Both the position numbers and the translations under genes were made by a program. 64,000 bases of DNA, from positions 96,001-160,000 of the forward strand of contig CAVXTH010000007.1 in NCBI GenBank assembly GCA_963764625.1, in the 5' to 3' direction. Below are positions 9,889 to 22,937 of the stretch, piece by piece. Every line of letters starts with the position of its first letter. Position 1 is the stretch's first letter. The DNA comes from Candidatus Krumholzibacteriota bacterium (GTDB lineage Bacteria; Krumholzibacteriota; Krumholzibacteriia; JAJRXK01). The notes beneath the pieces are model-generated. The model ran no database searches. It was given only the letters and a program-made list of their open reading frames with translations, and had not been told where the DNA came from.

Positions 9889-11037
9889 ATGCTGAATCGC
9901 GGAAGCAAATTCCTCATCGGAATCATGGCACTCGGCGCGTTGCTCTTCCTGTTCGGGCTTCGCGACCCGTTTCTGCCTCGTGTCGCCCCCTCGGACGCGG
10001 AGGGGACGATTCCGCGGCTCAGCCGTCTCGATTCTCCCGGATCGAGCCGTTGGAGCGATCGTCTGCTCGCCATCGAGGCCGAGAACCGCGATCTGAGGAA
10101 TCGAATGAGAGAGCTCGATTCGCTGCAAACGGTGCTTCGCGATCGTCTCGAGTCGGTCGAAGCGACACCACGCCTGAGGCCGCTGCAGGACTATTCGCTA
10201 CCCGATTCCATCGGCTTTTGCGGCGAGGTGATTTCTCTGGCCGATGCACGCGCGCGCGAGCGTTTCGAGCCCGAGTTCTACCGCCTCCTGGTGAATCGAC
10301 ACTGGTTGGTGGATTGGATGCACCGAAGTCGGGAAGTGTTCCCGCTCATCCAGGCGCGGATCGCCCAGGCGGGACTGCCCGACGACCTCAAGTACATTGC
10401 GGTCATCGAGAGCTCGCTCGATGCGAGAGCGGTCAGTCGCGCCGGGGCAGTCGGCTATTGGCAGTTCACTGGTTCGACCGGTCGCCGCTTTGGACTCGTT
10501 CACAACCGGAACATGGATCAGCGGAGGGATCTGGCCGAGGCGACCGACGCCGCCTTGCGCTACCTAAGAGAACTCCACAGGGAATTCGGCTCCTGGTCGT
10601 TGAGCCTGGCTGCGTACAACGCAGGAGAGAACCGGGTGCGCGAGGCGATGAAGAACCAAGGGCAGAGCGACTATCATCGACTCGTGCTTCCAAAGGAGAC
10701 CGAGGCCTATTGGTACAAGGCCGCGGCGGTCAAACTCTTCTTCGAGCACCCGACCGAGTACGACTTCGATTCTCCGGGAGAGCAATGGCGCGTCGTTCGC
10801 TGCGACACTCTGGTCGTCGCATTCGCACAACAGACGCCGATCCTAGAGGTCCTTGGCGATTCCGGAATGGACTATCGGGAATTCAAGAACTTCAACCCGG
10901 CGTATCGCCGGCCCCTGATCCCGGCCGGGAGACACCGGCTGGCGATCCCGCAACGCTACTCGGCCGCAATCTCTTCGCGCTTTCCCAAGGCCCGATTGGA
11001 GCTCAGTGAGGTGTCGTCCACATCGCCTCGGCCGTGA
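9889..11037 (+). CDS. Lytic transglycosylase (SLT, MltD-like) with N-terminal TM and coiled coil
   Basis: IESS catalytic Glu, GYWQF, AAYNAGE, LPKET. Confidence 0.9.
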   Translation: MLNRGSKFLIGIMALGALLFLFGLRDPFLPRVAPSDAEGTIPRLSRLDSPGSSRWSDRLLAIEAENRDLRNRMRELDSLQTVLRDRLESVEATPRLRPLQDYSLPDSIGFCGEVISLADARARERFEPEFYRLLVNRHWLVDWMHRSREVFPLIQARIAQAGLPDDLKYIAVIESSLDARAVSRAGAVGYWQFTGSTGRRFGLVHNRNMDQRRDLAEATDAALRYLRELHREFGSWSLSLAAYNAGENRVREAMKNQGQSDYHRLVLPKETEAYWYKAAAVKLFFEHPTEYDFDSPGEQWRVVRCDTLVVAFAQQTPILEVLGDSGMDYREFKNFNPAYRRPLIPAGRHRLAIPQRYSAAISSRFPKARLELSEVSSTSPRP

Positions 11038-13024
11038 AGCTATCCTCTATCTGAATCGCATCGACGACATCCATGCCTTCGGCGACCCGGCCGATGATCG
11101 TGTAGCGTGCGTTCAGTCGAGGCTCGGGAGAGTGCGTGATGAAGAGCTGGCAGCTGCCGGTGTCCTTGCCGTTGGTGGCGATTCCCACCGTACCCCGATC
11201 GTACCGCGCAGGACTCCACTCGCTTCTGAGCAGATAACCGGCATCTCCCCATCCTGATCCGAGCGGATCACCGCCTTGGATGACGAAATTGGGAACCACG
11301 CGATGGAAATCGAGACCATTGAAGAATCCCGCCTCGGCGAGCCGGGCAAAACTCTCGCAGGACTGCGGGGCGATATCGTAGAGGAGATCGATGACGATCG
11401 TGCCTCTCTGGGTGTGGAGGATGAGTTCGCGCGCATCGCTCTCGGCCACCAGGGGAGGCTGCTTCGAAGAGCGTCGAATGGGCCGGACATCCATCTCGAT
11501 GTCCTCTACCTTCGGCAATCCAGCCGCCTGGCGTTCGGGCAGAATTTTCACCAGGGCATTGCGCGCCGCGACTCGCAACCGCCGATCACTGCTCTCATTT
11601 AGGACGTGGTTGAGAACCTCGCTGGCCCGTTTTGCTCGCAACTCACCCAGAGACATGAGGGTGGCCTCGCACACGTCCACGTTGTCCCGACGATCCCAGA
11701 ATTCATAGCAATTCAAAAGAGAATCGATCGCGCTCCTGACGTTCAACTTACCCAAATCCGTCGCGGCGGTGGTTGCCACCACCCAGTCGCGGTCCTTCAA
11801 CGAGGCCAGAAGAAGCGCGATGGCTTTTTCACCTCCCAGAGAGGCCAAGCCCTCGAGCGCGTGGGATCGAATCTCCTCGTCGAGGTGTTGGGAAAGCGCC
11901 GCGGCCAGAGTTCGAAACGCGTCGGCATCGGGGTGTTGGCCCAAGAGCTCGAGGCATTCGCTTCGCACCACGCCCGAAGAGTCCTCGAGTCCTCCGCGGA
12001 GTGTGGGTGCCGCCGTCTCCTGAAGATTCGCCGCCACTGCCGCGTAGGCCGCGAGTCTGACCACCGAGCACGAATCGCGGCACGCGGCGACGATTGCCGC
12101 GGGCTGCGGCACCGGAGCCAGTTGCTGCAGAGCTTCCAGGGCCGCGGCGCGCGCATGGAAGATCTCGTCGTCGAGCACGCTCAACAGCGCCGTGGATTGT
12201 GAGCGCGCACCCAGTTTGCCCAGACTGCGGGCCGCGTTCACCCGCACTGTCCACTCGCTCTCGTGCAGCCTCTCCGCGAGAGCGTCTTGGCCCACGAGCG
12301 CCAGCGGCGGGCCAATCTCCCCCAAGCCCCGCGCCGCGAACGCCCGCACCAGCCCACTGGAATGACTGAGAAGCTCGATTTCGCGCTTGACCGCTCGCTC
12401 GTCCTGAAATTTGCCCAGAGCGTAGGCAGCCCTCCAGACGACCGACTCCACCGGGTCGTGACTCGCGCGCAGGATCTCGTCCACCGTGGTGGAATCGGCC
12501 AGCAGAGCAAGACTCTCCAGCGCCTGCTCGCGCACCAGCGGATGGGGATGTGAGAGGCCGCGCATCACCTCGCCCGCGGTTCCCGGCTGATCGACACGGC
12601 CCAGGGCCAAAAGGACCTCGCCGAGGACTTCGGGAGAACCCCGTCGACCCGAACCGGCCATGAGTGAGAGCTCCTTCTCGACCCCCGCCAGGAGCGCCAC
12701 CGCGGACGCGGAGGTGGGAATGAGTCCCAGCGCGAAGGCGGCATCGGCGCGCACCTCGGGACGACGGTCGTCCCGCAGGACCTCGGCCAGATGGGGCACC
12801 GCTTCGGGCCGGCCGATGCGCCCCAGGGCCAGGGCCGCTTCGCGCCGTACCAGGTAGGAAGACTCGTGGAGATACGCGTAGAGGCTATCCCCGGGAATGG
12901 TCCGGGCGTCCTCCCAACGTCGGATGTCCTTCGTGCAGGCAGGAATGTCGGTTCGGGCGCAGGCCAGGAGCTGGGAGAGGAGCAGGGAGAGAAAGAGGGC
13001 GGACAGTGTACGTTGACACATCAT
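11003..13024 (-). CDS. HEAT-repeat lipoprotein with C-terminal cyclophilin-type peptidylprolyl isomerase domain
   Basis: Lipobox LLAC, many VRxxAAxALG HEAT repeats, FHRVVPNFVIQGGDP. Confidence 0.88.
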   Translation of the reverse strand: MMCQRTLSALFLSLLLSQLLACARTDIPACTKDIRRWEDARTIPGDSLYAYLHESSYLVRREAALALGRIGRPEAVPHLAEVLRDDRRPEVRADAAFALGLIPTSASAVALLAGVEKELSLMAGSGRRGSPEVLGEVLLALGRVDQPGTAGEVMRGLSHPHPLVREQALESLALLADSTTVDEILRASHDPVESVVWRAAYALGKFQDERAVKREIELLSHSSGLVRAFAARGLGEIGPPLALVGQDALAERLHESEWTVRVNAARSLGKLGARSQSTALLSVLDDEIFHARAAALEALQQLAPVPQPAAIVAACRDSCSVVRLAAYAAVAANLQETAAPTLRGGLEDSSGVVRSECLELLGQHPDADAFRTLAAALSQHLDEEIRSHALEGLASLGGEKAIALLLASLKDRDWVVATTAATDLGKLNVRSAIDSLLNCYEFWDRRDNVDVCEATLMSLGELRAKRASEVLNHVLNESSDRRLRVAARNALVKILPERQAAGLPKVEDIEMDVRPIRRSSKQPPLVAESDARELILHTQRGTIVIDLLYDIAPQSCESFARLAEAGFFNGLDFHRVVPNFVIQGGDPLGSGWGDAGYLLRSEWSPARYDRGTVGIATNGKDTGSCQLFITHSPEPRLNARYTIIGRVAEGMDVVDAIQIEDSFTAEAMWTTPH

Positions 13025-13123
13025 GCCGAAGCTCCGTGGGGGCTACGCCGTGCAAGGCGACCCCGGGAGAGTAGACGGGGGTCGGACTCAGGGCAAGACC
13101 AGCTTGGAGCGCGATCTGCGCGG

Positions 13124-13132
13124 TGCTAGCCT
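13124..13132 (+). promoter_or_regulatory. Extended -10 element (TGCTAGCCT), probably leaderless start of truA
   Basis: TGn-TAGCCT ends 6 nt before ATG 13139, with no SD. Confidence 0.45.
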
Positions 13133-13138
13133 CTCCGC

Positions 13139-13924
13139 ATGGAATCCCCTTCGACGCCATTCTCGCCAGAGGATCCTTCCGCATCCGCCGCGGTCGTGCG
13201 GCTGGATCTGTCCTACGATGGAAGCGGATTCCACGGTTGGCAGGTTCAACCCGGACTGAGGACGGTCCAGGGCGAGCTCATGAGCTGCTTGCAGAACCTG
13301 ATTGCCCTGCAGGGGATTCCCCCCGGAGCCGGCCGCACCGATGCGGGAGTTCACGCCCGAGGTCAGGTAGCAAGCCTTTGCTTGGCCGATATCTCGGCAT
13401 TTGAACGTCTCCATCGTGCCCTCCCACGCATGGTACCCGACGACATGGCGGTACGGCGCGTACTCCTGGCCGCCCCGGATTTCCACGCCAGACACAGCGC
13501 CAAAGGAAGGATCTACCGCTACCGCCTGGTCCTCGAGCGCGATCCCCTTCTGCGGAGGACTCACTACTTCGTCCCCAACGCGCTCGACCTCGACAAGATG
13601 AAGAAAGCCTGTGAGGACTTGCTCGGGGCTCACGATTACACGAGCTTTTGCAAGGCCTCTTCCCTGCAGGAAGGGAAAACGTGCTGTGACGTGCGTAGGG
13701 CTCAGTTCGATCGCGAGGGACCATCCATCGTCTTTACCATCGAGGCCGACCGCTTTCTCCACTCCATGGTGCGCACGATCGTCGGGACTCTGGTGGAGAT
13801 CGGTCGCGGACTTCGACCAGTGGACTCGATTCCGCAAATCCTGCATGCTTGCAAGCGCGAGCGAGCTGGACTCCTTGCTCCCGCGCACGGGCTGTGCCTG
13901 GAAGAAGTGGAATACTCGGACTGA
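13139..13924 (+). CDS. truA: tRNA pseudouridine(38-40) synthase
   Basis: YDGSGFHGWQ, GAGRTDAGVHA (catalytic Asp), FLHSMVR, APAHGLCL. Confidence 0.97.
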   Translation: MESPSTPFSPEDPSASAAVVRLDLSYDGSGFHGWQVQPGLRTVQGELMSCLQNLIALQGIPPGAGRTDAGVHARGQVASLCLADISAFERLHRALPRMVPDDMAVRRVLLAAPDFHARHSAKGRIYRYRLVLERDPLLRRTHYFVPNALDLDKMKKACEDLLGAHDYTSFCKASSLQEGKTCCDVRRAQFDREGPSIVFTIEADRFLHSMVRTIVGTLVEIGRGLRPVDSIPQILHACKRERAGLLAPAHGLCLEEVEYSD

Positions 13925-13961
13925 TAGCCAAGAAGCGTTGTGACGCGAAGGAAGGATTTGC

Positions 13962-14606
13962 ATGCAGCTCTATCTGGAAACGGCTGATCCGCGCGAGCTC
14001 GGCGAAGCGCTGAGTTTTCGCGTCGTGGATGGCGTCACGACCAATCCGGCGCTCCTGGCGCGCATGGGTGGCGACCCCCACCTGCGCTTGAAGGAGCTCT
14101 GTGAGATGGTGAAAGGTCCGGTTCTGGCCTCGACGACTTCGCTGGAAGCCGAGGGAATGGTGGCGGAGGCCCTGGCTCTCGCCGACGTCCACGAACGTCT
14201 GGTGGTAAAGGTGCCCTGTCTCCCAGCTGCTCTGCCGGCGATGGCGGAGCTGGCGGAACGTCGCGTCCCGGTGGAGGCCACCCTGTGCTTCAGCTTGTGC
14301 CAAGCCCTGCTCGCCGCGAAGACCGGCGTTCACTTCATCTCGCCCATGGTGGGGCGACTCGACGAGGCAGGTCAGGATGGTCTGAACCTCGTGGGGAACA
14401 TTCTCACCGTCTACGATCAGTATCAGTTCAAGACACGCGTCATCGCGGGTGGATGTCGAACCGCCACTCACGTCGCTGAGGCGGCGCGCATGGGCGCCGA
14501 TGCGGCAACCCTTCCTTTGGATCTCTTGCGGGCTTTGGCCGCGCATCCTCTGAGCACGAAGGTGCAGCGGGAATTCGCCGAGAGCTGGCGCAAGGGACAG
14601 AATTAG
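13962..14606 (+). CDS. Transaldolase/fructose-6-phosphate aldolase family protein with divergent active site
   Basis: GVTTNP, VVKVP (Schiff-base Lys), SPMVGRLD, C-terminal HPL helix. Confidence 0.85.
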   Translation: MQLYLETADPRELGEALSFRVVDGVTTNPALLARMGGDPHLRLKELCEMVKGPVLASTTSLEAEGMVAEALALADVHERLVVKVPCLPAALPAMAELAERRVPVEATLCFSLCQALLAAKTGVHFISPMVGRLDEAGQDGLNLVGNILTVYDQYQFKTRVIAGGCRTATHVAEAARMGADAATLPLDLLRALAAHPLSTKVQREFAESWRKGQN

Positions 14607-14689
14607 CCCTTCGGATCGATCCACGGAACCCGCGCCGAACGGGGGCCGTAGAATTTCAAGGCCGCTCGAGCTCGCGTTCCAGGAGTGAT

Positions 14690-15964
14690 ATGAGTCAGAA
14701 GCGAATCTTCCCCTATCTCGTCGGTGGTTTGGCGGGCGCCAGTCTTGGGCTGGTGGTGATCCTCGCCGCCCTAATCTACGGGGTGGGACCCTTCTCGCAT
14801 CCCGCGACGAAAGAGAGCTCGACCAACCAGGAGAATCCCACTCAGTTGGGAGTGAGCGCGCCCACCACGCTGAGCCGAGTGGAAGAACCCGAGCTCACAG
14901 AGCGATCGATCGACGATGAGCGCCAAGACGCCATCGTCACCGCCACGCGCATTGCGAGTCCGGCCGTGGTCAGCATCACCGTCATCTACCATCAATTCGT
15001 GCGCGTCCCGACCGACCCTCTGGAGTCGTTCTTTCCGCAGGGCTTTGGACGCACCACGATCAAGAAGCAGCCCTACGAAATCCTCGGCAGCGGCGTGATC
15101 ATCGACAAACGCGGGTACATCATCACGAACAACCACGTCCTGGGAGAGTCGAAGGATTCGCGCATCTTCATCACCCTGTCCGACGGAAGACAATACCAGG
15201 CGGAGCTTGTGGGCCGATCCACCCACTACGACGTGGCTCTCTTGCGATTTTCCGAGACGGTGCCTGACATGCCAGTCGCAACCCTCGGCGACAGCGATGA
15301 ACTCGTGCCCGGGGAATGGGCCATCGCCATCGGTGCTCCCTACCGTTACCTGCTCGATGACCCCGCGCTGACCGTGACCGTCGGCGTCATCAGCGCGCTG
15401 CATCGAGACCTGAAACAGACACAGGATGAAGGTCCGACCTACCTCGACATGATCCAGACCGATGCCGCGATCAATCAGGGCAACAGCGGCGGAGCGCTAG
15501 TCAACCGGCGCGGAGAGGTCATCGGCATCAATACCTTCATCATTTCCGGTTCCGACGGTGGAAATTTCGGCGCCGGATTCGCCATGCCCATCAAGCGCGT
15601 CAAGTGGGTGATGAATGAGATCGTTCAGTACGGAGGTCTCAGACCCCGCGTCATCGGATTCGACGGCGTGGTGCTCGACAAGCGGCTGCGCTACATGCTC
15701 AAGCTCGACAGCGACATGACCGGGATCTACGTGGTGCGGGTCTATCCAGACTCTCCCGCGACCGAAGCGGGACTTCAGGTCGCGGATATCGTTCGCGCCA
15801 TCAACGGCCAGATCATCCTGCGCAAGCAGGATTTCACCCGCCTCATCTACGAGGCGCAGGTCGGTACCAAGCTCGCGCTCAAAGTGCAGCGCGGAGACCA
15901 GTTCCTGGATACCGTGCTCACCATCTCCTCAAATCCCCCGGCCGCTGCGTCGCCCAGCGACTGA
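14690..15964 (+). CDS. HtrA/DegP-family serine protease with one PDZ domain
   Basis: TNNHV, DVALL, IQTDAAINQGNSGG, N-terminal TM. Confidence 0.93.
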   Translation: MSQKRIFPYLVGGLAGASLGLVVILAALIYGVGPFSHPATKESSTNQENPTQLGVSAPTTLSRVEEPELTERSIDDERQDAIVTATRIASPAVVSITVIYHQFVRVPTDPLESFFPQGFGRTTIKKQPYEILGSGVIIDKRGYIITNNHVLGESKDSRIFITLSDGRQYQAELVGRSTHYDVALLRFSETVPDMPVATLGDSDELVPGEWAIAIGAPYRYLLDDPALTVTVGVISALHRDLKQTQDEGPTYLDMIQTDAAINQGNSGGALVNRRGEVIGINTFIISGSDGGNFGAGFAMPIKRVKWVMNEIVQYGGLRPRVIGFDGVVLDKRLRYMLKLDSDMTGIYVVRVYPDSPATEAGLQVADIVRAINGQIILRKQDFTRLIYEAQVGTKLALKVQRGDQFLDTVLTISSNPPAAASPSD

Positions 15965-16021
15965 GATTCTGGGGCTCGCCCCTGGCGGCGTGGGCCGGCC
16001 TGTGATAGCCTGCCGCGCGTC

Positions 16022-17320
<1,299 letters not shown>

Positions 17321-17323
17321 GAC

Positions 17324-19695
<2,372 letters not shown>

Positions 19696-19699
<4 letters not shown>

Positions 19700-20517
19700 G
19701 CCGCGTACGCATAGGGGTTTTGCAGTTCCCCGGTCTCAACTGCGAGACCGAGACTCTGCGCGAGCTCACGCGCGCCGGAGTGGAGCCGACTCTCGTCCGC
19801 TGGAACGAGAGCGCGCCGCGTCTCGCGCGCTTTGCCGGCTTCGTCATTCCGGGCGGCTTCTCCTACCAGGATCGCATTCGCGCCGGCGCCATCGCCGCCA
19901 AGTCGCCCCTGCTCGAGGAAGTCGCGCGGGAGGTGGAGAAGGGCAAGCCCATTCTGGGGATCTGCAACGGAGCGCAGATTCTGGTCGAGGCCGGACTGGT
20001 GCCCGGGGAAGAGGCGGGGAGGATCGACCTCTGCCTCGCGCCCAATCGAGTGAAGGGCTGGCAGGGCTACCACGCGCGTTGGGTCTTCGTGAAGCCGCAG
20101 ACGGGCGCATGTTTCTTCACCGAAAAGCTGAGCGAACCGTTTCCCATCGTGGTCGCCCACGGCGAAGGACGATTCGTGACCGAGGACGAGATGTTGTGGA
20201 ATTCGCTGCGGACGAAGGGCCGCTTCGCACTGCGCTACTGCGACGCCGAGGGCAATGCACCGGCCGGATTTCCCCAGAACCCCAACGGCGCGCCGGACGA
20301 CGTGGCGGGAATGTCCGGGCTCGACGGCCAGGTCCTGGCCTTCATGCCGCACCCCGAGAGGGCAGCTCGCCTGTGGCAGCTTCCCGAGGACCTGCCCGGA
20401 CCCTGGGGCACGCGGCGCCGGGCCGCGGCTGGTGATCGGACCCGTTTGCAAGCCGAGGGGCCGGGTTGCTCGCTCCTCGCGGCGTTCCGTCGCCTTCAGG
20501 GGGTGAACGCGTCGTGA
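19696..20517 (+). CDS. purQ: Phosphoribosylformylglycinamidine synthase subunit PurQ (glutaminase)
   Basis: FPGLNC, PGGFSYQD, GICNG, AHGEG, MPHPER. Confidence 0.96.
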
Positions 20518-21164
20518 GGGCTCTGGTCTTCCTTCTGAGCCGGAGGGCGGTGGATCTGGTGGCGGTCTCGGCCGCGGCCGCGCTTCGCGACGCGCTCGGC
20601 CTGGGTGAGCGCCTGCGGGCGCTCCGCCGTGACGACGGCTATGTCCTGGAGAATTTGCCAGGGGGTGAGGAGGCGTGGCGGGCGGCCTGCGTGGCGCGGC
20701 CCTCGTGGTTCAATCCCAACACCCATCAGCACGCGTTCTTCGACGCCGCGCCGGGCGCGCACGAGGCGGCGCGAGGGGAGAAGTCGTGGCCGTCTCCCTG
20801 GATCGGCCGCATGCTCTCTACCGATCGCACCGAGCTGGCCAAGCACGGAGCTTCGGGCGATCTTGATTCCTGGCTCTCACTTTCCCCCGAGCGAGATTGC
20901 TATTCCGTGAGCCTTCTGGCCTTCGATAGCGAGGAACCGGTCCAGCCGCTTCCGCGGGGACACTGGCCGCACCCGGCCGGCCAGGTGCTCGCGTTCCAGA
21001 TGTGGACCCTCGCCCTTGCAGCGGAGAACGAGGCACAGGCCCTGAAGCTCGCGCTCGAAGTCTCTCTCGCCCGCTCACGCGACCGCGGGCTTCTCATCCA
21101 TCCCCATCGTGAGCGCTGGGCTCTGGCCGCGCCGGTGGCACCCGTCGGGGAGGGGTCACTTTGA
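20514..21164 (+). CDS. Hypothetical protein, probable tandem-duplicated divergent PurS-like subunit
   Basis: Translationally coupled between purQ and purF. Two halves end in FNPNTHQH and LLIHPHRERW, resembling the PurS LLANPVIE ending. Confidence 0.55.
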   Translation: MRALVFLLSRRAVDLVAVSAAAALRDALGLGERLRALRRDDGYVLENLPGGEEAWRAACVARPSWFNPNTHQHAFFDAAPGAHEAARGEKSWPSPWIGRMLSTDRTELAKHGASGDLDSWLSLSPERDCYSVSLLAFDSEEPVQPLPRGHWPHPAGQVLAFQMWTLALAAENEAQALKLALEVSLARSRDRGLLIHPHRERWALAAPVAPVGEGSL

Positions 21165-22597
21165 ATCGGATTCCAGACGACGATCGTCTGCACGAAGAAT
21201 GTGGGGTAATGGCGGTGGTGGGGCATCCCGACGCCCCGCGTCTCTGTGCGCTCGGCTTGGCCGCCCTGCAGCATCGTGGCCAGGAATCGGCCGGCATCGC
21301 GGCGGCTGACGGGCACGTCGTCGTCTCGCACAAGGCCATGGGCTACGTGAGCGAGGCCCTACGCGACGAGGATGTGGCCCGTCTGAGGGGACACTTGGCC
21401 ATCGGTCACGTGCGCTACTCGACGACGGGTTCTTCGAACCTCATGAACGCCCAACCCATTCACGTCACCTACAAACGCGGCAGTCTGGCCATCGCGCACA
21501 ACGGCAACTTGGTGAACGCGGCCAACTTGCGCCGGGAGATGGAGGACCAGGGCTCGATCTTCAACACCACCAACGACAGCGAGGTCATCCTCCATCTCAT
21601 CGCGCGCTCCAAGGCGGCCCAGCTGGAGGAAGCGTGCGGAGAGGCCCTCGGCCGGGTGGAGGGTGCCTTCTCCCTGCTGATCATCAACCCGGAATCGGTG
21701 ATCGTGGCGCGCGATCCCCGCGGCTTTCGCCCGCTTTGCCTGGGCCGGCTCGACGGGGCCTGGGTCGCGGCGAGTGAAACCTGCGCCCTGGACATGATCT
21801 CGGCCGAGTATGCGCGCGAGGTCGAGCCGGGCGAAATGGTCATACTCGACTCGAGGGGCGGCATCAAGAGCACTCGCTGGGCAGAGGAACGGCCTCCCAG
21901 CATGTGCATCTTCGAATACGTCTACTTCGCGCGGCCGGACAGTCAGATCTACGGACGTAGTGTGCACGAAGTGCGCCGCCGCATGGGGGAGGCCCTGGGC
22001 CACGAGTCTCCCGTCGAGGCGGACGTCGTCATCGGCGTGCCCGATTCGTCCAATACCGCATCTTTGGGCTACAGCCAGGTCACGGGAATTCCCTGGGAGC
22101 TGGGACTCATTCGCAACCACTACGTGGGAAGGACCTTCATTCGTCCCAGCCAAGAGGTGCGCGACTTTTCGGTGCGCAAGAAATACAACCCGGTGAGTCA
22201 CGTGCTCCAGGGGCAGCGGGTGGTGGTGGTCGATGACTCCATCGTGCGCGGGACGACGATGCGCAAGTTGGTCACCCTGATCCGGGGCGCCGGCGCGCGC
22301 GAGGTCCATCTGCGCATCTCTTCGCCCCCGATCACGCATTCTTGCTACTACGGGATCGACACCCCGGTCTCCAAGCACCTCATCGCCTCCTCGCACAGCG
22401 TGGAGGAGATCGCCGAGTACCTGCAGGTGGACAGTCTGGCCTACCTCAGCACGGCGGGGCTCATGTCGGCCGTGCGCAGCTCCGAGGGCTTCTGCCGGGC
22501 CTGTTTCACGGGCGAATATCCGGTCGCCCCCCCCGAATCGGCCTCCAAGGAGGTTTTCGAGGGTTCACTGAGCTCCCGGAGTCCCGATTCGCTCTGA
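21161..22597 (+). CDS. purF: Amidophosphoribosyltransferase
   Basis: Propeptide-EECG, LQHRGQESAG, GHVRYSTTG, VDDSIVRGTT, CRAC Fe-S motif. Confidence 0.98.
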   Translation: MNRIPDDDRLHEECGVMAVVGHPDAPRLCALGLAALQHRGQESAGIAAADGHVVVSHKAMGYVSEALRDEDVARLRGHLAIGHVRYSTTGSSNLMNAQPIHVTYKRGSLAIAHNGNLVNAANLRREMEDQGSIFNTTNDSEVILHLIARSKAAQLEEACGEALGRVEGAFSLLIINPESVIVARDPRGFRPLCLGRLDGAWVAASETCALDMISAEYAREVEPGEMVILDSRGGIKSTRWAEERPPSMCIFEYVYFARPDSQIYGRSVHEVRRRMGEALGHESPVEADVVIGVPDSSNTASLGYSQVTGIPWELGLIRNHYVGRTFIRPSQEVRDFSVRKKYNPVSHVLQGQRVVVVDDSIVRGTTMRKLVTLIRGAGAREVHLRISSPPITHSCYYGIDTPVSKHLIASSHSVEEIAEYLQVDSLAYLSTAGLMSAVRSSEGFCRACFTGEYPVAPPESASKEVFEGSLSSRSPDSL

Positions 22598-22658
22598 GCT
22601 TCTGGTCCCAGGGGCTCCCTCTGCCTATCTTGGGTCCACGGGTTTACCCAAGATGACA

Positions 22659-22850
22659 GGTTGACCCCGTGAGGGCTCCGGGTACAGAGTACCGGCAACG
22701 AGTGCCGGGAAGACATTGCTCCCGGCCCAGCGTGGGAATGAAGAAGGACATAGCCGATCGACGGGGTCGCCAGTGACCTCTTAAGGAGATCGGGCAATCG
22801 CGGTTCAGGCACGCCAAGCGTTGACGCGATGTTTGCCCGCCGCAACCCGC
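22659..22850 (+). other. Highly structured intergenic segment (candidate ncRNA or 5' leader)
   Basis: GACCCCGT...ACGGGGTC closes a multi-hairpin domain (CCGGGTAC/GTACCGG, GCCGGGA/TCCCGGC, CCCA/TGGG). It is followed by a CGGGCAA-TCGCG/CGCGA-TTGCCCG hairpin. Confidence 0.35.
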
Positions 22851-22937
22851 GAACTCCGTCGACACCAGAATGCGGCCTGAGGATCTGAGAACCATCTCGG
22901 TCCCGCCGCCGGAGAAATCAAAAACCAGGACCCGTCC

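Noticed and set aside
22690-22745. SAM-I-like CGGCAAC..GTGCCG and TPP-like CCAGCGTGGGAA fragments
   Set aside because: The other required elements (SAM-I P1, kink-turn and pseudoknot; TPP CTGAGA and ACCTGA) are missing, so no known riboswitch is called.
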